This document shows positions 1-9,088 of a stretch of DNA of 33,465 nucleotides, one piece after another. A program made the position numbers and the translations under genes. The notes under the pieces were generated by a model that worked only from the letters and a program-made list of their open reading frames with translations, had not been told where the DNA came from and made no database searches. Within the stretch, counting starts at the first letter, position 1, and every line of letters starts with the position of its first letter. This stretch comes from a virus (lineage: Duplodnaviria; Caudoviricetes): the IMG/VR virus record IMGVR_UViG_3300048855_000197, positions 1 to 33,465 of that record, one strand, 5' to 3'.

Positions 1-771
1 TTAACGCTTAAGGATGTCGCTCATCCCCATCCTCGCGGCAAGCGCGTCACGGTGCGCGTTCACTCGCCGGTCTAGCCTATGTAATTCGTCAACCGCACTA
101 TTGTTCAACGTGAATCCGCCGTGCGTGTCTGATACCTTCCTTATCACTTCCACGACTAGAACGAGGAGCCGAGCCAGGCTCATAAGATGAAGACGAGAAA
201 CGTCTTCTTCAATGTTGTCGAAGAATGACCCCCGGAAGACTTCTCTGTCGTAACCGCCGATTTTCCAATCGAACGTAAAGTGGGTCAGGTAGATACTGGC
301 ATGGGCGGTCGTATCATTGATTTGCCCCTTCATCTCCTTGAGCAGCGCGGAGAGATGTCCGTGCTGCTTATCGAGCCACCTGTATGCCTTTCCACTCACC
401 GCCTTGGGTGGCTGGAGCCCAGCTGCGGAGTTCTCCGGCCCTTTGGTGATGTCTTCCTCGGGATGCGCGAGCATGTATGCCGTGAGCGCGGTAAACTCGA
501 TCGTTTGCCGCATGTTGAATTCGGCTTGCGCGACGTGTCCGCGGATATACGACAGGAAGGACAGAGTGGCAGCCTTCTGCACTGCAAACATCAACGCCGC
601 CGCCATAAAGTGATCAGGGTCAATCGTCGCCACACAGGTGTTCAGGAGTTCAATACCTTCCTGAACAAGAGGCACAAACGTGCCGAGCCGATCGCGCGCC
701 CCTGCCACTCGCACCTGCTCCTCGTCGACAAGAGCCTGTAACGTCGTCGTCAGCGATGTCTCGTTACTCAT
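1..771 (-). CDS. hypothetical alpha-helical protein, possibly HEPN-related (DUF5677-like); ORF can extend to 819
   Basis: Long ORF in AT-richer DNA; ATG at 771 (MSNETSL); motifs MRQTIE and INDTTAHAS resemble the RxxxE ... SxxxH pattern of HEPN-like families. Confidence 0.6.
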   Translation of the reverse strand: MSNETSLTTTLQALVDEEQVRVAGARDRLGTFVPLVQEGIELLNTCVATIDPDHFMAAALMFAVQKAATLSFLSYIRGHVAQAEFNMRQTIEFTALTAYMLAHPEEDITKGPENSAAGLQPPKAVSGKAYRWLDKQHGHLSALLKEMKGQINDTTAHASIYLTHFTFDWKIGGYDREVFRGSFFDNIEEDVSRLHLMSLARLLVLVVEVIRKVSDTHGGFTLNNSAVDELHRLDRRVNAHRDALAARMGMSDILKR

Positions 772-824
772 ATACCGGTAGTCGCATCCCGCCGCCTTAA
801 GCTCTCTGCATATCCCCACCTCAA

Positions 825-1262
825 CTATATGAACCGGACTAGATCCCCTAACTTTGGAGATACGAACTCTGCATCGACTGTTACCGTCTCAAGCTCCCTT
901 GGCATTCCGGCGGCGGCCAGTAGTCCGCTAATTGGCTTAGGCCGAAACTCAGATTTCCTTCTTGTACTCTGGATCACAGCCATACGGCGTTGCACACTGG
1001 TGACCTTTCCCTCGCCACGCACAAGCTCGAAGTGCCCCAAGCTCTCGCCAGTGTCGGGATCTTGGACTTCAGGTCCCAAGGCAAAAACGAGGACACGCTC
1101 GCCCACCTTGACGTCGTGATCCTCGCCAGCGTTGATCAACAGCTTGAACTGGTTCTCAGCCGGGGTCTTTGTCATCTCTCCATTTGGAGACACATACCCG
1201 ATTACTTTCGCGTAATACGGGTTCAGGTCCTCAGGGGTATTGCTTTCAATATCGTTCGCCAT
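825..1262 (-). CDS. FlgT C-terminal-like beta-barrel protein
   Basis: AKV...LLINAGEDHDVKVGERVLVF...QDPDTGESLG...GKVTSVQ matches the INxGxxxGVxxG..DPxTGExLG pattern of FlgT_C-like domains; no signal peptide. Confidence 0.7.
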   Translation of the reverse strand: MANDIESNTPEDLNPYYAKVIGYVSPNGEMTKTPAENQFKLLINAGEDHDVKVGERVLVFALGPEVQDPDTGESLGHFELVRGEGKVTSVQRRMAVIQSTRRKSEFRPKPISGLLAAAGMPRELETVTVDAEFVSPKLGDLVRFI

Positions 1263-1929
1263 GATCAGCGGATCTCCGCAAGGAAGCTAACACAAGCTGG
1301 ATGATCCGATCTTCATCCGGATGCACACCAGTAATTTCGGTCGTGGGAGCTGGTCGCACCAGTAGTCGCGCCAAACGTGAGGCGTCCTGCCCTGAAATAT
1401 GGCGCCTTAGCTCATCTTGTGCAGGTACCCAGCTCGTTACACCGATTTGGATTTTGCCGTTGGTTTGCACATTTGCGACCCTCCCGGCTGCCACGAGCTG
1501 CTCGAACCCTCTCTCGTCTTCATAGTAAATAGAGACCAACATAGACTGCCCAAAAAGGCGATTAGGTTCGAGCAGGAGAATCAGCTCGTTTTCTCCCGTT
1601 GGGTTGGACGTAGCGTACACCACCTTCGGCGCATGGGGCTGCGCCTCCGCTTCAAGTCGCGAGATCTCACGCTGTGATGCTGAGAGCTTCGAAAGCGCGT
1701 GACGAAGTGCACTAACGGTCCACGTGGTAGTCACGATGGCGATTACGGCTACTGTGACTGTCCACTGGCCAGGCAACTTCCAATCTTCGATAACGAAGAT
1801 CGGCACCAAGCTCAGAGCCATTCCAGCGAGCCCAAGCCCGACTCCCCCAGGCTTAGCGACCTCTCGCCAAACCGCCTGCCCCGCTGTTGTCGATGCTTCA
1901 CTCACAAGGATCAGCCTACCGCGACGCAC
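1246..1929 (-). CDS. membrane protein with 2 TM helices, short coiled coil and C-terminal beta domain
   Basis: Hydrophobic segments GVGLGLAGMALSLVPIFVI and WTVTVAVIAIVTTTWTVSAL, then LSKLSASQREISRLEAE; overlaps the next gene by 17 nt. Confidence 0.7.
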   Translation of the reverse strand: MRRGRLILVSEASTTAGQAVWREVAKPGGVGLGLAGMALSLVPIFVIEDWKLPGQWTVTVAVIAIVTTTWTVSALRHALSKLSASQREISRLEAEAQPHAPKVVYATSNPTGENELILLLEPNRLFGQSMLVSIYYEDERGFEQLVAAGRVANVQTNGKIQIGVTSWVPAQDELRRHISGQDASRLARLLVRPAPTTEITGVHPDEDRIIQLVLASLRRSADHGERY

Positions 1930-2147
1930 GTGCTCGACAAGGAAAATCGCGGACGCGGCGGACAGGCCCTCCGCCGTGGTCTGACAGACACCGCAGAGAA
2001 CCTGGCTTTAAGAGCTTCTACCGCCGGAGCGATACCCCGGCGGTACCCCCGAATGGCAGAGGCAGGAAACCGCCAAAGTTAGACGTAGCAGATGCCCGCG
2101 GTGACAAGCGCGGCGACGATCAGCACCCCAATCGCCGCCGCTCGATC

Positions 2148-2987
2148 TCAGTTGTTGTTGGCCGCCTCACGCGGCAAGCATAGCCGGGTCGCGTCGAAGT
2201 TTGCCACCACCAGCTCGCTGACCTGCTTCGCCGCCCCTGCCCCGACCGTATAGGTCACCGGCAGCTGCACCTGGTGGAACCGCCCGAACACCTCGCGCGC
2301 GCCGGGCGTGTCGTTGATCGACAGCAGGAACTTGCCCTTGATGCCGGCGAGCTGTTCGGCCAGCGCCGCGAAGTCGGCCCGGCCGAACACGTCCTGCCCA
2401 TAGTCGTCTTCGCATCCCCAGTACGGCGGATCGAGGTAGAACAGCATGCCGGCGCGGTCATAGCGGCGGATGAACTCGGCATAGCCGAGCTGCTCGATCA
2501 CGACGCCGGCCAGGCGCTCATGAATATCCGCCAGCATTGGCTCCAGCTTGGTGACGTTGAAGCGCGCACCCTGCGTCCGATCGACGCCGAAGTGCCGGCC
2601 GTTCACCTTGCCACCGAACGCCAGGCGCTGAAGGTAGAGGAACCGCGCCGCCCGCTCCAGGTCGGTCAGGGTCTCGGGCGCCTGCGCTTTCAGCCGCTCG
2701 AACTCGTTCCGGCTCGCCACGCGGAAGCGCAGCATGTCGAGGAAGTAGGCATAGTGCCGCTGCAGCACGCGGAAGAACGTGGCGACATCACCCGACACGT
2801 CGTTGATCACCTCGACGCGCGGCCGCGATCGGCGGCGCAGGAAGATGCCGCCCATGCCGACGAACGGCTCGGCATAGCCGTCATGCTCGACCTGGGCGAT
2901 GATCGCGGTCAGCCGGGACGCAAGATTGCGCTTGCCGCCGATGTAGCCGGCAGCAGGCGCGACGGGACGTACGTTTGTTGGATACAC
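2148..2987 (-). CDS. DNA adenine methyltransferase (D12/Dam class); start probably GTG 2987, ORF open to 3098
   Basis: YIGGKRNL, EPFVGMGGIF (SAM binding), INDV and LFYLDPPY (catalytic DPPY). Confidence 0.92.
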   Translation of the reverse strand: MYPTNVRPVAPAAGYIGGKRNLASRLTAIIAQVEHDGYAEPFVGMGGIFLRRRSRPRVEVINDVSGDVATFFRVLQRHYAYFLDMLRFRVASRNEFERLKAQAPETLTDLERAARFLYLQRLAFGGKVNGRHFGVDRTQGARFNVTKLEPMLADIHERLAGVVIEQLGYAEFIRRYDRAGMLFYLDPPYWGCEDDYGQDVFGRADFAALAEQLAGIKGKFLLSINDTPGAREVFGRFHQVQLPVTYTVGAGAAKQVSELVVANFDATRLCLPREAANNN

Positions 2988-3102
2988 GGGTAAAAAGCTC
3001 GCCTTATGGGGTTCGCGCCCGGCGACATGCCGGGTGCGGGACGGCCGATGGCCGCTGGTCGTGGCGAGCTGGATCTCGTCGGTTTGCCGGACTGCCATCC
3101 GG

Positions 3103-3134
3103 AAAACCCCCGCCAGGCCACAACCCGGCGGGGT
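3103..3134 (-). terminator. intrinsic terminator after the portal gene
   Basis: Minus strand reads CCCCGCCGGG-ttgtgg-CCTGGCGGGG-G-TTTT, a 10-bp stem with one GU pair, a few nt after the portal stop. Confidence 0.75.
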
Positions 3135-3140
3135 AGCTGG

Positions 3141-4202
3141 TCACGCGGCCTGGGCCGCCTCTTCCTCTTCGAACGCGACGGCGGGCACGCCCAGCTCGTC
3201 GTTCAGATCGAGGAACGCCGCCATCAGCGGCTTGATCTCGTTGCGCCGGAACATCGCCGTCGCATCGGTGGGGTTGCCGAACGCGGAGCCTTGCGCCGGC
3301 ACGATCCCGAGCAGCTGGGGCGGCACGCGATGCGCCGCCATGACGTCGGCCTGCGTCGCGCTCTTGATGCCCAGAAACTCGTCCTTGGCCGCGGCTTCCG
3401 CGATCGAGATGATCTTGATGCTGTTCTCTTTGCCGTTGGGCGCATGCACGAACATCGACCGGAAGTTGCCAGGGCCCTTCGCGCCCCGCATTGCTTCCTT
3501 CAGCTTGTCGGTGTCGTTCGCATCGATGTCGCCGGTCGCGTACATGATATAGCCGGCATGGGCACCGTTCAGATAGTAGCGGCGGCGAAACAGCGTTGCC
3601 GCTTCGTTCAGCAGCGCCGCCTGCAATGCCGAGATATACTCCGGCACGCCATAGATCTCCTGGTTCACGTCGGGCTGCATCAGCTGCACCACGCTACCCG
3701 GATCGAACGCGCTCTCCGGCTGCGCGCCCGGCACATAGAAGAACCGCCCCGCCTCGATCCCGCGGCGGGTGTATTTCGCCGGCGAGTAGTCGATCCGCAG
3801 CGTGGCACCTGAAAGGCTGCGCACCTTCACGCCGTAGCAGTCGCCGAACACGAGATAGTCCTGCACCAGTTTGGCGAACACGGTGCGGCTCAACCATTGC
3901 GACGGGATAAACGACCCCACCAGCTGGTTGCGCTTGAAGATGATCGCCGAGCTATGGTGCGGCGACACCCGGAACGACCGGGCGAGCCCGTCGCGCGAGA
4001 TCGGCGGCTCGTACCAGCGGTTGTTGTGCGGGCATTCCAGGAGGTCGAGCAGCTGGCGCCGGTCAAGCACCGCCTCCGGTTCGCCGAAGCTGAACGCCTC
4101 CACGCCGCTGCTGCGCTCGGCCGCCTGCGGCTCGATCGCGCCGGCCGATGCGAGCTGCCCCTCGTACCGGCCCATGCGCCGCACCTTGCTACGCTTGCTC
4201 AC
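3141..4202 (-). CDS. phage portal protein, PBSX/P2 gpQ family
   Basis: EAFSFGEPEAV, WYEPPIS, HHSSAI, QEIYGVPEY, LLNEAATLFRRRYYLNGAHAG, AHRVPPQLLG. Confidence 0.96.
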   Translation of the reverse strand: MSKRSKVRRMGRYEGQLASAGAIEPQAAERSSGVEAFSFGEPEAVLDRRQLLDLLECPHNNRWYEPPISRDGLARSFRVSPHHSSAIIFKRNQLVGSFIPSQWLSRTVFAKLVQDYLVFGDCYGVKVRSLSGATLRIDYSPAKYTRRGIEAGRFFYVPGAQPESAFDPGSVVQLMQPDVNQEIYGVPEYISALQAALLNEAATLFRRRYYLNGAHAGYIMYATGDIDANDTDKLKEAMRGAKGPGNFRSMFVHAPNGKENSIKIISIAEAAAKDEFLGIKSATQADVMAAHRVPPQLLGIVPAQGSAFGNPTDATAMFRRNEIKPLMAAFLDLNDELGVPAVAFEEEEAAQAA

Positions 4203-6028
4203 TCGATAATCTCCATGGAGCCCTTGGGCTTTTCCTTGCCGTCGAGCGGCTCGTTGATGAGGACGTGCATGATCGCCCAGGCGATGTCGGCATGGCCGTC
4301 GTCGCCGCCGCGCCCCGCTTTGAAGGTGACGTTGCGCCCGCTGGTGGTCAGCGTTTTCTTGATCGAGATGAACGACGACACGATGTCGAGGTAGGAGCTG
4401 TCGAACGCCATCCGCCCACGGCGCACGACGTTCTGCGCCTTCATGACCATCTGCGCCTTCACCTCGAGCGAATACTCGATCTTGGTGACGCCGCGGATCC
4501 CGGTCTCGGGCTTGGCGAGCAGCTGGTGGACGCCAGCGCCGACGCCGGTCGCGTCGATGCCGAGGTAGGTCACGTTAAAGCGCGACAGCACCGACTGGAT
4601 GAACGCGGCCTGCTGTTCGAAGTCGAGCCCGCGCAGCTGGTGGCGTTCGAGGATCCGGAAGGCCCCGCCCGGCACGGCCGGCGGCGCCATGATCGCCAGC
4701 GCGGCATTGTCGCCGTTCTCGCTGTTCTGCGGATCATAGCCGGCCCACACCGGACGATTGCCATAGGGTCGCGCCGCCTCCGGATCGAAGTCGCCCCAGT
4801 CGACCAGGCTGTCGCAACCCAGCTTGACCAGGTCGTTGAACCGGAACGCCGACAGGCTGTCATCGACGAACACGCACCCGAACAGGTTGGCGAACTCGTC
4901 CTCGGCATACTCGTCCTGCAGCTCGTCCAGGTCGACCAGGTCGAAGCCCTTGTCGATCGCGTCCTGGACGGTGACGATCTGGCGCCAGACGGAGTCTTCA
5001 CACAGCCGGCCATCCTTCAGCGCGGCGTGGCCGACATCGATCTCGATCCGGTCTTCCTTCTTCCGCCGCCGGTTGCGGCGCTCGCCGGTCCAGTACGGAT
5101 AGGCCGGATGCGCGACTGTCGACGGCGTCGAGAAATAGGTCTTCCGCCAGTGCTTGTGGGTCGCCATGCCCGAGGCGACCTTGTTCAGCTCCTCGAACCC
5201 GTGGACCCAGAAGAACTCATCGAAATAGAAGTTGCCGCTGCGGCCCTGGGCGGTGCGGAAGTTGGTGCCCAGGAAGTGGAGCTCGGCCGCCGCCTCGCCC
5301 TCGTCGCGTAGCGCGCTGGTGATCAGCATCGGGTCGCCCTTCAGGTCGACGCCGACCAGCTGGGCAAAGCCGATGATGTAGTTGCGGAACTGGTGCGCCT
5401 GTGCCTTCGACGCCGACAGGAAGATCTGGTTACGGCCGCTCTCGATCGCGTCGATCAGCGCCTCGAACGCGAAATAATAGGTCGCGCCGATCTGGCGCGA
5501 CTTCAGGATCATCCGTGTGCGGCGGGAGAGGTTCTCCCACCACGTCTCCTGGTATCCGAACAGCTGTCTGAGGAAGATCTCCTTCAGCTGCTCCGCCTGC
5601 TCGACGGTGAAGCGGTTGGGCTTGGCCTTGGGCTTGCGCTCGCCCTTGTTCCGGTTGGCGACCCGCTCGTTCAGGTCGCCTTCGTGCCCGCCCGGTTCCT
5701 CATAGCGGCGGACCTTGGCTAGCGCCGCGACCTGGCGACCGAGCAGGTCGATCTCTTTGAAGTCGCCGGGCGTCTTCTTGTCCTTGGCGATCAGCACCAT
5801 CCAGCGCGCTTCGAGGCAGTCCTCCAGGCGGCGGATGCTGGGCACGCCGTCCCATTTGCTGCGGTCCTTCCACGACTGCACAGTGGTGCGCGCCACCTGC
5901 AGCTCCTCCGCAATCTGGCTCACCTCCCACCCGCGCCAGTACAGGCTGCGCGCCGCGCGCCGGCGGTCCTCGACCGGAAGCGTCAGCGGGTCGGCATGCA
6001 GGGCAAGCGGATTGGCGAGGATCGACAT
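4199..6028 (-). CDS. terminase ATPase (large) subunit, P2 gpP
   Basis: N-terminal ARSLYWRGW HTH, Walker A LKSRQIGAT, Walker B FYFDEFFW, STPS, C-terminal GHADIAWA. Confidence 0.96.
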   Translation of the reverse strand: MSILANPLALHADPLTLPVEDRRRAARSLYWRGWEVSQIAEELQVARTTVQSWKDRSKWDGVPSIRRLEDCLEARWMVLIAKDKKTPGDFKEIDLLGRQVAALAKVRRYEEPGGHEGDLNERVANRNKGERKPKAKPNRFTVEQAEQLKEIFLRQLFGYQETWWENLSRRTRMILKSRQIGATYYFAFEALIDAIESGRNQIFLSASKAQAHQFRNYIIGFAQLVGVDLKGDPMLITSALRDEGEAAAELHFLGTNFRTAQGRSGNFYFDEFFWVHGFEELNKVASGMATHKHWRKTYFSTPSTVAHPAYPYWTGERRNRRRKKEDRIEIDVGHAALKDGRLCEDSVWRQIVTVQDAIDKGFDLVDLDELQDEYAEDEFANLFGCVFVDDSLSAFRFNDLVKLGCDSLVDWGDFDPEAARPYGNRPVWAGYDPQNSENGDNAALAIMAPPAVPGGAFRILERHQLRGLDFEQQAAFIQSVLSRFNVTYLGIDATGVGAGVHQLLAKPETGIRGVTKIEYSLEVKAQMVMKAQNVVRRGRMAFDSSYLDIVSSFISIKKTLTTSGRNVTFKAGRGGDDGHADIAWAIMHVLINEPLDGKEKPKGSMEIIE

Positions 6029-6073
6029 GGCGGCGCGAGCCTAGCCACGCCGCCGCGCCCAAACGGAGCGACG

Positions 6074-6102
6074 GCAATCGTAGAGACCGTCTCTACGATT
6101 GC
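6074..6102. promoter_or_regulatory. 29-bp palindrome copy 1, probable late-promoter activator (Ogr-like) site between divergent P and O
   Basis: GCAATCGTAGAG-accgt-CTCTACGATTGC, perfect 12-bp arms; same arms at 14251 and 19163. Confidence 0.75.
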
Positions 6103-6200
6103 GCACGCTTGAGAAGCGGCCCGCCTTCGGTCCCTGTTCGGCTTCGCAAATGGCCGGCGATGTCCCGGCAGCATCGAACCGACCCGAGGACCGCACCGCC

Positions 6201-7067
6201 ATGGCCACCAAGAGCAAGTTCTTCCGCATCGCCGTCGAGGGCGGCACCACCGATGGCCGCGTGATCGAGCGCGACTGGATCGAGCAGATGGCGACCGGCT
6301 ATAACCCGACGACCTACACCGCCTGCATCAACTGCGAGCACCTGCGCGGCTACAGCCCCGAGCCCCCGTTCAACAACTATGGCACCGTTTCCGCCCTCAA
6401 GACGGAAGAGATCGAGCTGTCGATCGCGGGCAAGAGCGAAAAGCGCCTGGCGCTGCTCGCCCAGCTCGAACCCAACGACCAGCTGCTGTCCGTCAACCGC
6501 GCGAAGCAGAAGCTGTTCACCAGCTGCGAGATCTCGCCGAACTTCGGCGGCAGCGGCAAGGCCGGCTTGGTGGGTCTGGCGGTCACCGACAACCCCGCCA
6601 GCCTCGGCACCGAGATGCTCCAGTTCGCGGCCGGCAAGGGCGACGCCAACCCGTTTGCCGCGCGCAAGCAGGACAAGGCGAACCTGTTCACCGCCGCCGA
6701 GGAGGCCTCGATCGAACTGGACGATGCGGCCGACCCGACCGGCCTGGTGTCGTCGCTGAAGGGCATGTTCGACAGCTTCGCCGCCAAGTTCGCCAAGCCC
6801 GACGACAAGCAGGCTGAGACCCCGACCACGCCTGCCGAACCGCCGAAGCCCGCCAACGACAACGACCTGCAGGCGTTCGCAACCGCGATGGGCGAGACGA
6901 TGTCGCAGGCGCTCACCGCAGCGCTGGCGCCGGTCAATACCACCATCGCGAGCATCCAGACCGAGCTGTCCACGGTGAAGGGCAAGCTGGAGACGACCGA
7001 AGCACCGCAGAAGTTCTCGCGCCAGCCTGCGACCGGCGGTGGCGCGCAGATCCTCACCGACTTCTGA
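6201..7067 (+). CDS. capsid scaffolding protein, P2 gpO
   Basis: MATKSKFFRIAVEGGTTDGRVIER, CEH, LVGLAVTDNPASLGTEML, C-terminal RQPATGG...LTDF. Confidence 0.95.
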   Translation: MATKSKFFRIAVEGGTTDGRVIERDWIEQMATGYNPTTYTACINCEHLRGYSPEPPFNNYGTVSALKTEEIELSIAGKSEKRLALLAQLEPNDQLLSVNRAKQKLFTSCEISPNFGGSGKAGLVGLAVTDNPASLGTEMLQFAAGKGDANPFAARKQDKANLFTAAEEASIELDDAADPTGLVSSLKGMFDSFAAKFAKPDDKQAETPTTPAEPPKPANDNDLQAFATAMGETMSQALTAALAPVNTTIASIQTELSTVKGKLETTEAPQKFSRQPATGGGAQILTDF

Positions 7068-7126
7068 TCGCCGGCTCACCCGCCCTTTCCCGCCCCACCC
7101 GCCTGCGCCTTTCCCGGAGCCACCCC

Positions 7127-8224
7127 ATGCACAACCAGACCCGCCCGCTGTTCAACGGCCTGCTCGCCCAGGTGGCGAAGCTGAACGGCGTCACCGACAC
7201 CACCGTCAAGTTCTCGGTCGCCCCCGTGATCGAACAGAAGCTGGAAGAGGTCATCCAGCTCTCCAGCGAGTTCCTGCAGAAGATCAACGTCGTGCCCGTC
7301 CTTGCCCAGGAGGGCGAGAAGGTGGGCGTGGGCGTCACCCGCCCGATCGCGAGCCGCACCCGTACCGATCCGAAGACCGGCAAGCGCCGCATCGCCACCG
7401 ACCCGACCGACACCAGCGACCGCGGCAAGTATCGCTGCGAGATCACGCACAGCGACGTCGCGATCCGCTACGCCAAGCTCGACCAGTGGCGCCACAAGCC
7501 CGAGTTTCAGAAGCTGGTCGGCGACGTCATCGTCAAGCAGCACGGTCGCGACCGCATCATGATCGGTTGGAACGGCGTCGCGTGCGCCGAGAATACCGAC
7601 GTCGACAAGTTCCCGCTGCTGCAGGACGTCAACTATGGCTGGCTCTACAAGATCCGCACCTTCGCGCCGGAGCGCGTGCTGGACACCGGCGAGCTGGCAG
7701 CGGCTGACGCCAAGGCGATCTACGTCGCGGCCGGTGAGGACGTCGAGCTGGTCAACTCCGATGCCAGCAACGCCGACACCGCCACCGCCGACTTCGCCAA
7801 CCTCGACGCGCTGGTATTCACCGCGACCGAGTTGCTCGACGAATGGAACCGGGACGATACCGACCTGGTCGTGATCGTCGGCCGCGACCTGGTGCACGGC
7901 CACTTCTCGAACTTCATCAACACCGCCGGCAACACGCCGACCGAGGTGGAGGCGCGCAACCGCATCCTCACCCTGCCCAAGCAGCTGGGCGGCAAGACGG
8001 CGGTCATGGTGCCGTTCTTCCCGGCGGACGCGCTGCTGGTCACCCGCCTCGATAACCTGTCGATCTACGTGCAGGAGGGCACCCGCCGACGCCAGCTGCG
8101 CGACGAGCCCGATTACGAGCAGATCGCCGACTACCAGTCGGTGAACGAAAGCTACGTGGTCGAGGATTACGGCATCGCCGCGCTCGTCGAGAACATCGTC
8201 CTGGGCAAGAAGCCGGCCGCCTGA
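7127..8224 (+). CDS. major capsid protein, P2 family gpN
   Basis: KFSVAPVIEQKLE, SSEFLQKIN, DRIMIGWNG, PLLQDVNYGWL, LDNLSIYVQ, SVNESYVVEDY. Confidence 0.97.
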   Translation: MHNQTRPLFNGLLAQVAKLNGVTDTTVKFSVAPVIEQKLEEVIQLSSEFLQKINVVPVLAQEGEKVGVGVTRPIASRTRTDPKTGKRRIATDPTDTSDRGKYRCEITHSDVAIRYAKLDQWRHKPEFQKLVGDVIVKQHGRDRIMIGWNGVACAENTDVDKFPLLQDVNYGWLYKIRTFAPERVLDTGELAAADAKAIYVAAGEDVELVNSDASNADTATADFANLDALVFTATELLDEWNRDDTDLVVIVGRDLVHGHFSNFINTAGNTPTEVEARNRILTLPKQLGGKTAVMVPFFPADALLVTRLDNLSIYVQEGTRRRQLRDEPDYEQIADYQSVNESYVVEDYGIAALVENIVLGKKPAA

Positions 8225-8231
8225 TCGGGCA

Positions 8232-8256
8232 CCCGTCGAAGTAGCACTTCGACGGG
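8232..8256. other. perfect 11-bp stem-loop after the capsid gene (mRNA stabiliser or weak terminator)
   Basis: CCCGTCGAAGT-agc-ACTTCGACGGG; no U-tract. Confidence 0.6.
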
Positions 8257-8311
8257 AACCCTGACCGGCCGCTTCGCCCGCACCTGATCCGCCCCCATTC
8301 GGAAAGTCGCA

Positions 8312-9082
8312 ATGAGCCTCGCTCGACGCCACCAGGCACGCATCCTGGCCGCACAAGCCGCGACCCTTCCGCATGGGGGCGGTACCGCCACCGCCGCATT
8401 GCCGGCGGTGGCGCCCCCTTCCCTCAACCGCGCGGCGTCTACCGCCGCCGCGCAGATCGCCATGCGCCTGGCGCACGACCTGCGCCGGCTAAAGACGATC
8501 AAAGCGATTTCGCTCAAGATCGCGGCCAAGCGCGAGATGCTGCCGGAATACGCCCCCTGGGTCGAAGGGCTGATGTCCGGTGCTGCCCAGGCTGGTGCCG
8601 GCGCATCCGGCGACGTGCTGCCGACCATCATGGTGTGGAAGATCGACGTGGGCGACTATGCTGGCGCGCTGCCGCTCGCCGAGCATGTCCTGCGTCATAA
8701 CATCGCTCTGCCGCAGCGCTATGAACGCGACGCCCCCACCATCGTTGCCGAGCTGATCGCGGAGGCCGCCATCAAGGCGCAGACCGCCGGCGAGCTGTTC
8801 GACCTGGCCGTGCTGGAACGGGTCGAGGCGCTGGTCGACGGCATCGACATGCACGACCAGGTGCGCGCCAAGCTCATGAAGGCGATCGGTTCCGAGCTCG
8901 ATCGCGCCGCCCGCGCCGCCGAGGAGTCGGGCGGCGATGCCCTGCCGCTGCTGTGCCGCTCGGTGCTGGCGCTGAAGGAAGCGCAGGCGCTGCACGATCG
9001 GGTGGGCGTCAAATCCATTCTCCGCGGCGTCGAAAAGCGCCTTGCCGCCGCGCAACCGCAACCCGCCGACACGTCCGGTTAA
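8312..9082 (+). CDS. terminase small (endonuclease) subunit, P2 gpM
   Basis: MSLARRH, DLRRLKTIKAI..KIAAKREMLPEYAPWVEG, MVWKIDVGDY, DMHDQVRAKLMKAIG, RVGVK. Confidence 0.93.
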   Translation: MSLARRHQARILAAQAATLPHGGGTATAALPAVAPPSLNRAASTAAAQIAMRLAHDLRRLKTIKAISLKIAAKREMLPEYAPWVEGLMSGAAQAGAGASGDVLPTIMVWKIDVGDYAGALPLAEHVLRHNIALPQRYERDAPTIVAELIAEAAIKAQTAGELFDLAVLERVEALVDGIDMHDQVRAKLMKAIGSELDRAARAAEESGGDALPLLCRSVLALKEAQALHDRVGVKSILRGVEKRLAAAQPQPADTSG

Positions 9083-9088
9083 CCAGCT

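Noticed and set aside
2055-2073. GGCAGAGGCAGGAAACCGC as a P2-type cos site
   Set aside because: Only loose, gapped similarity to P2 cos (GGCGAGGCGGGGAAAGCAC); not enough to call, and no convincing cos was found
2909-3121. 70-aa ORF as a Com-like zinc-finger activator upstream of the MTase
   Set aside because: No CxxC pairs, and it starts inside the terminator hairpin
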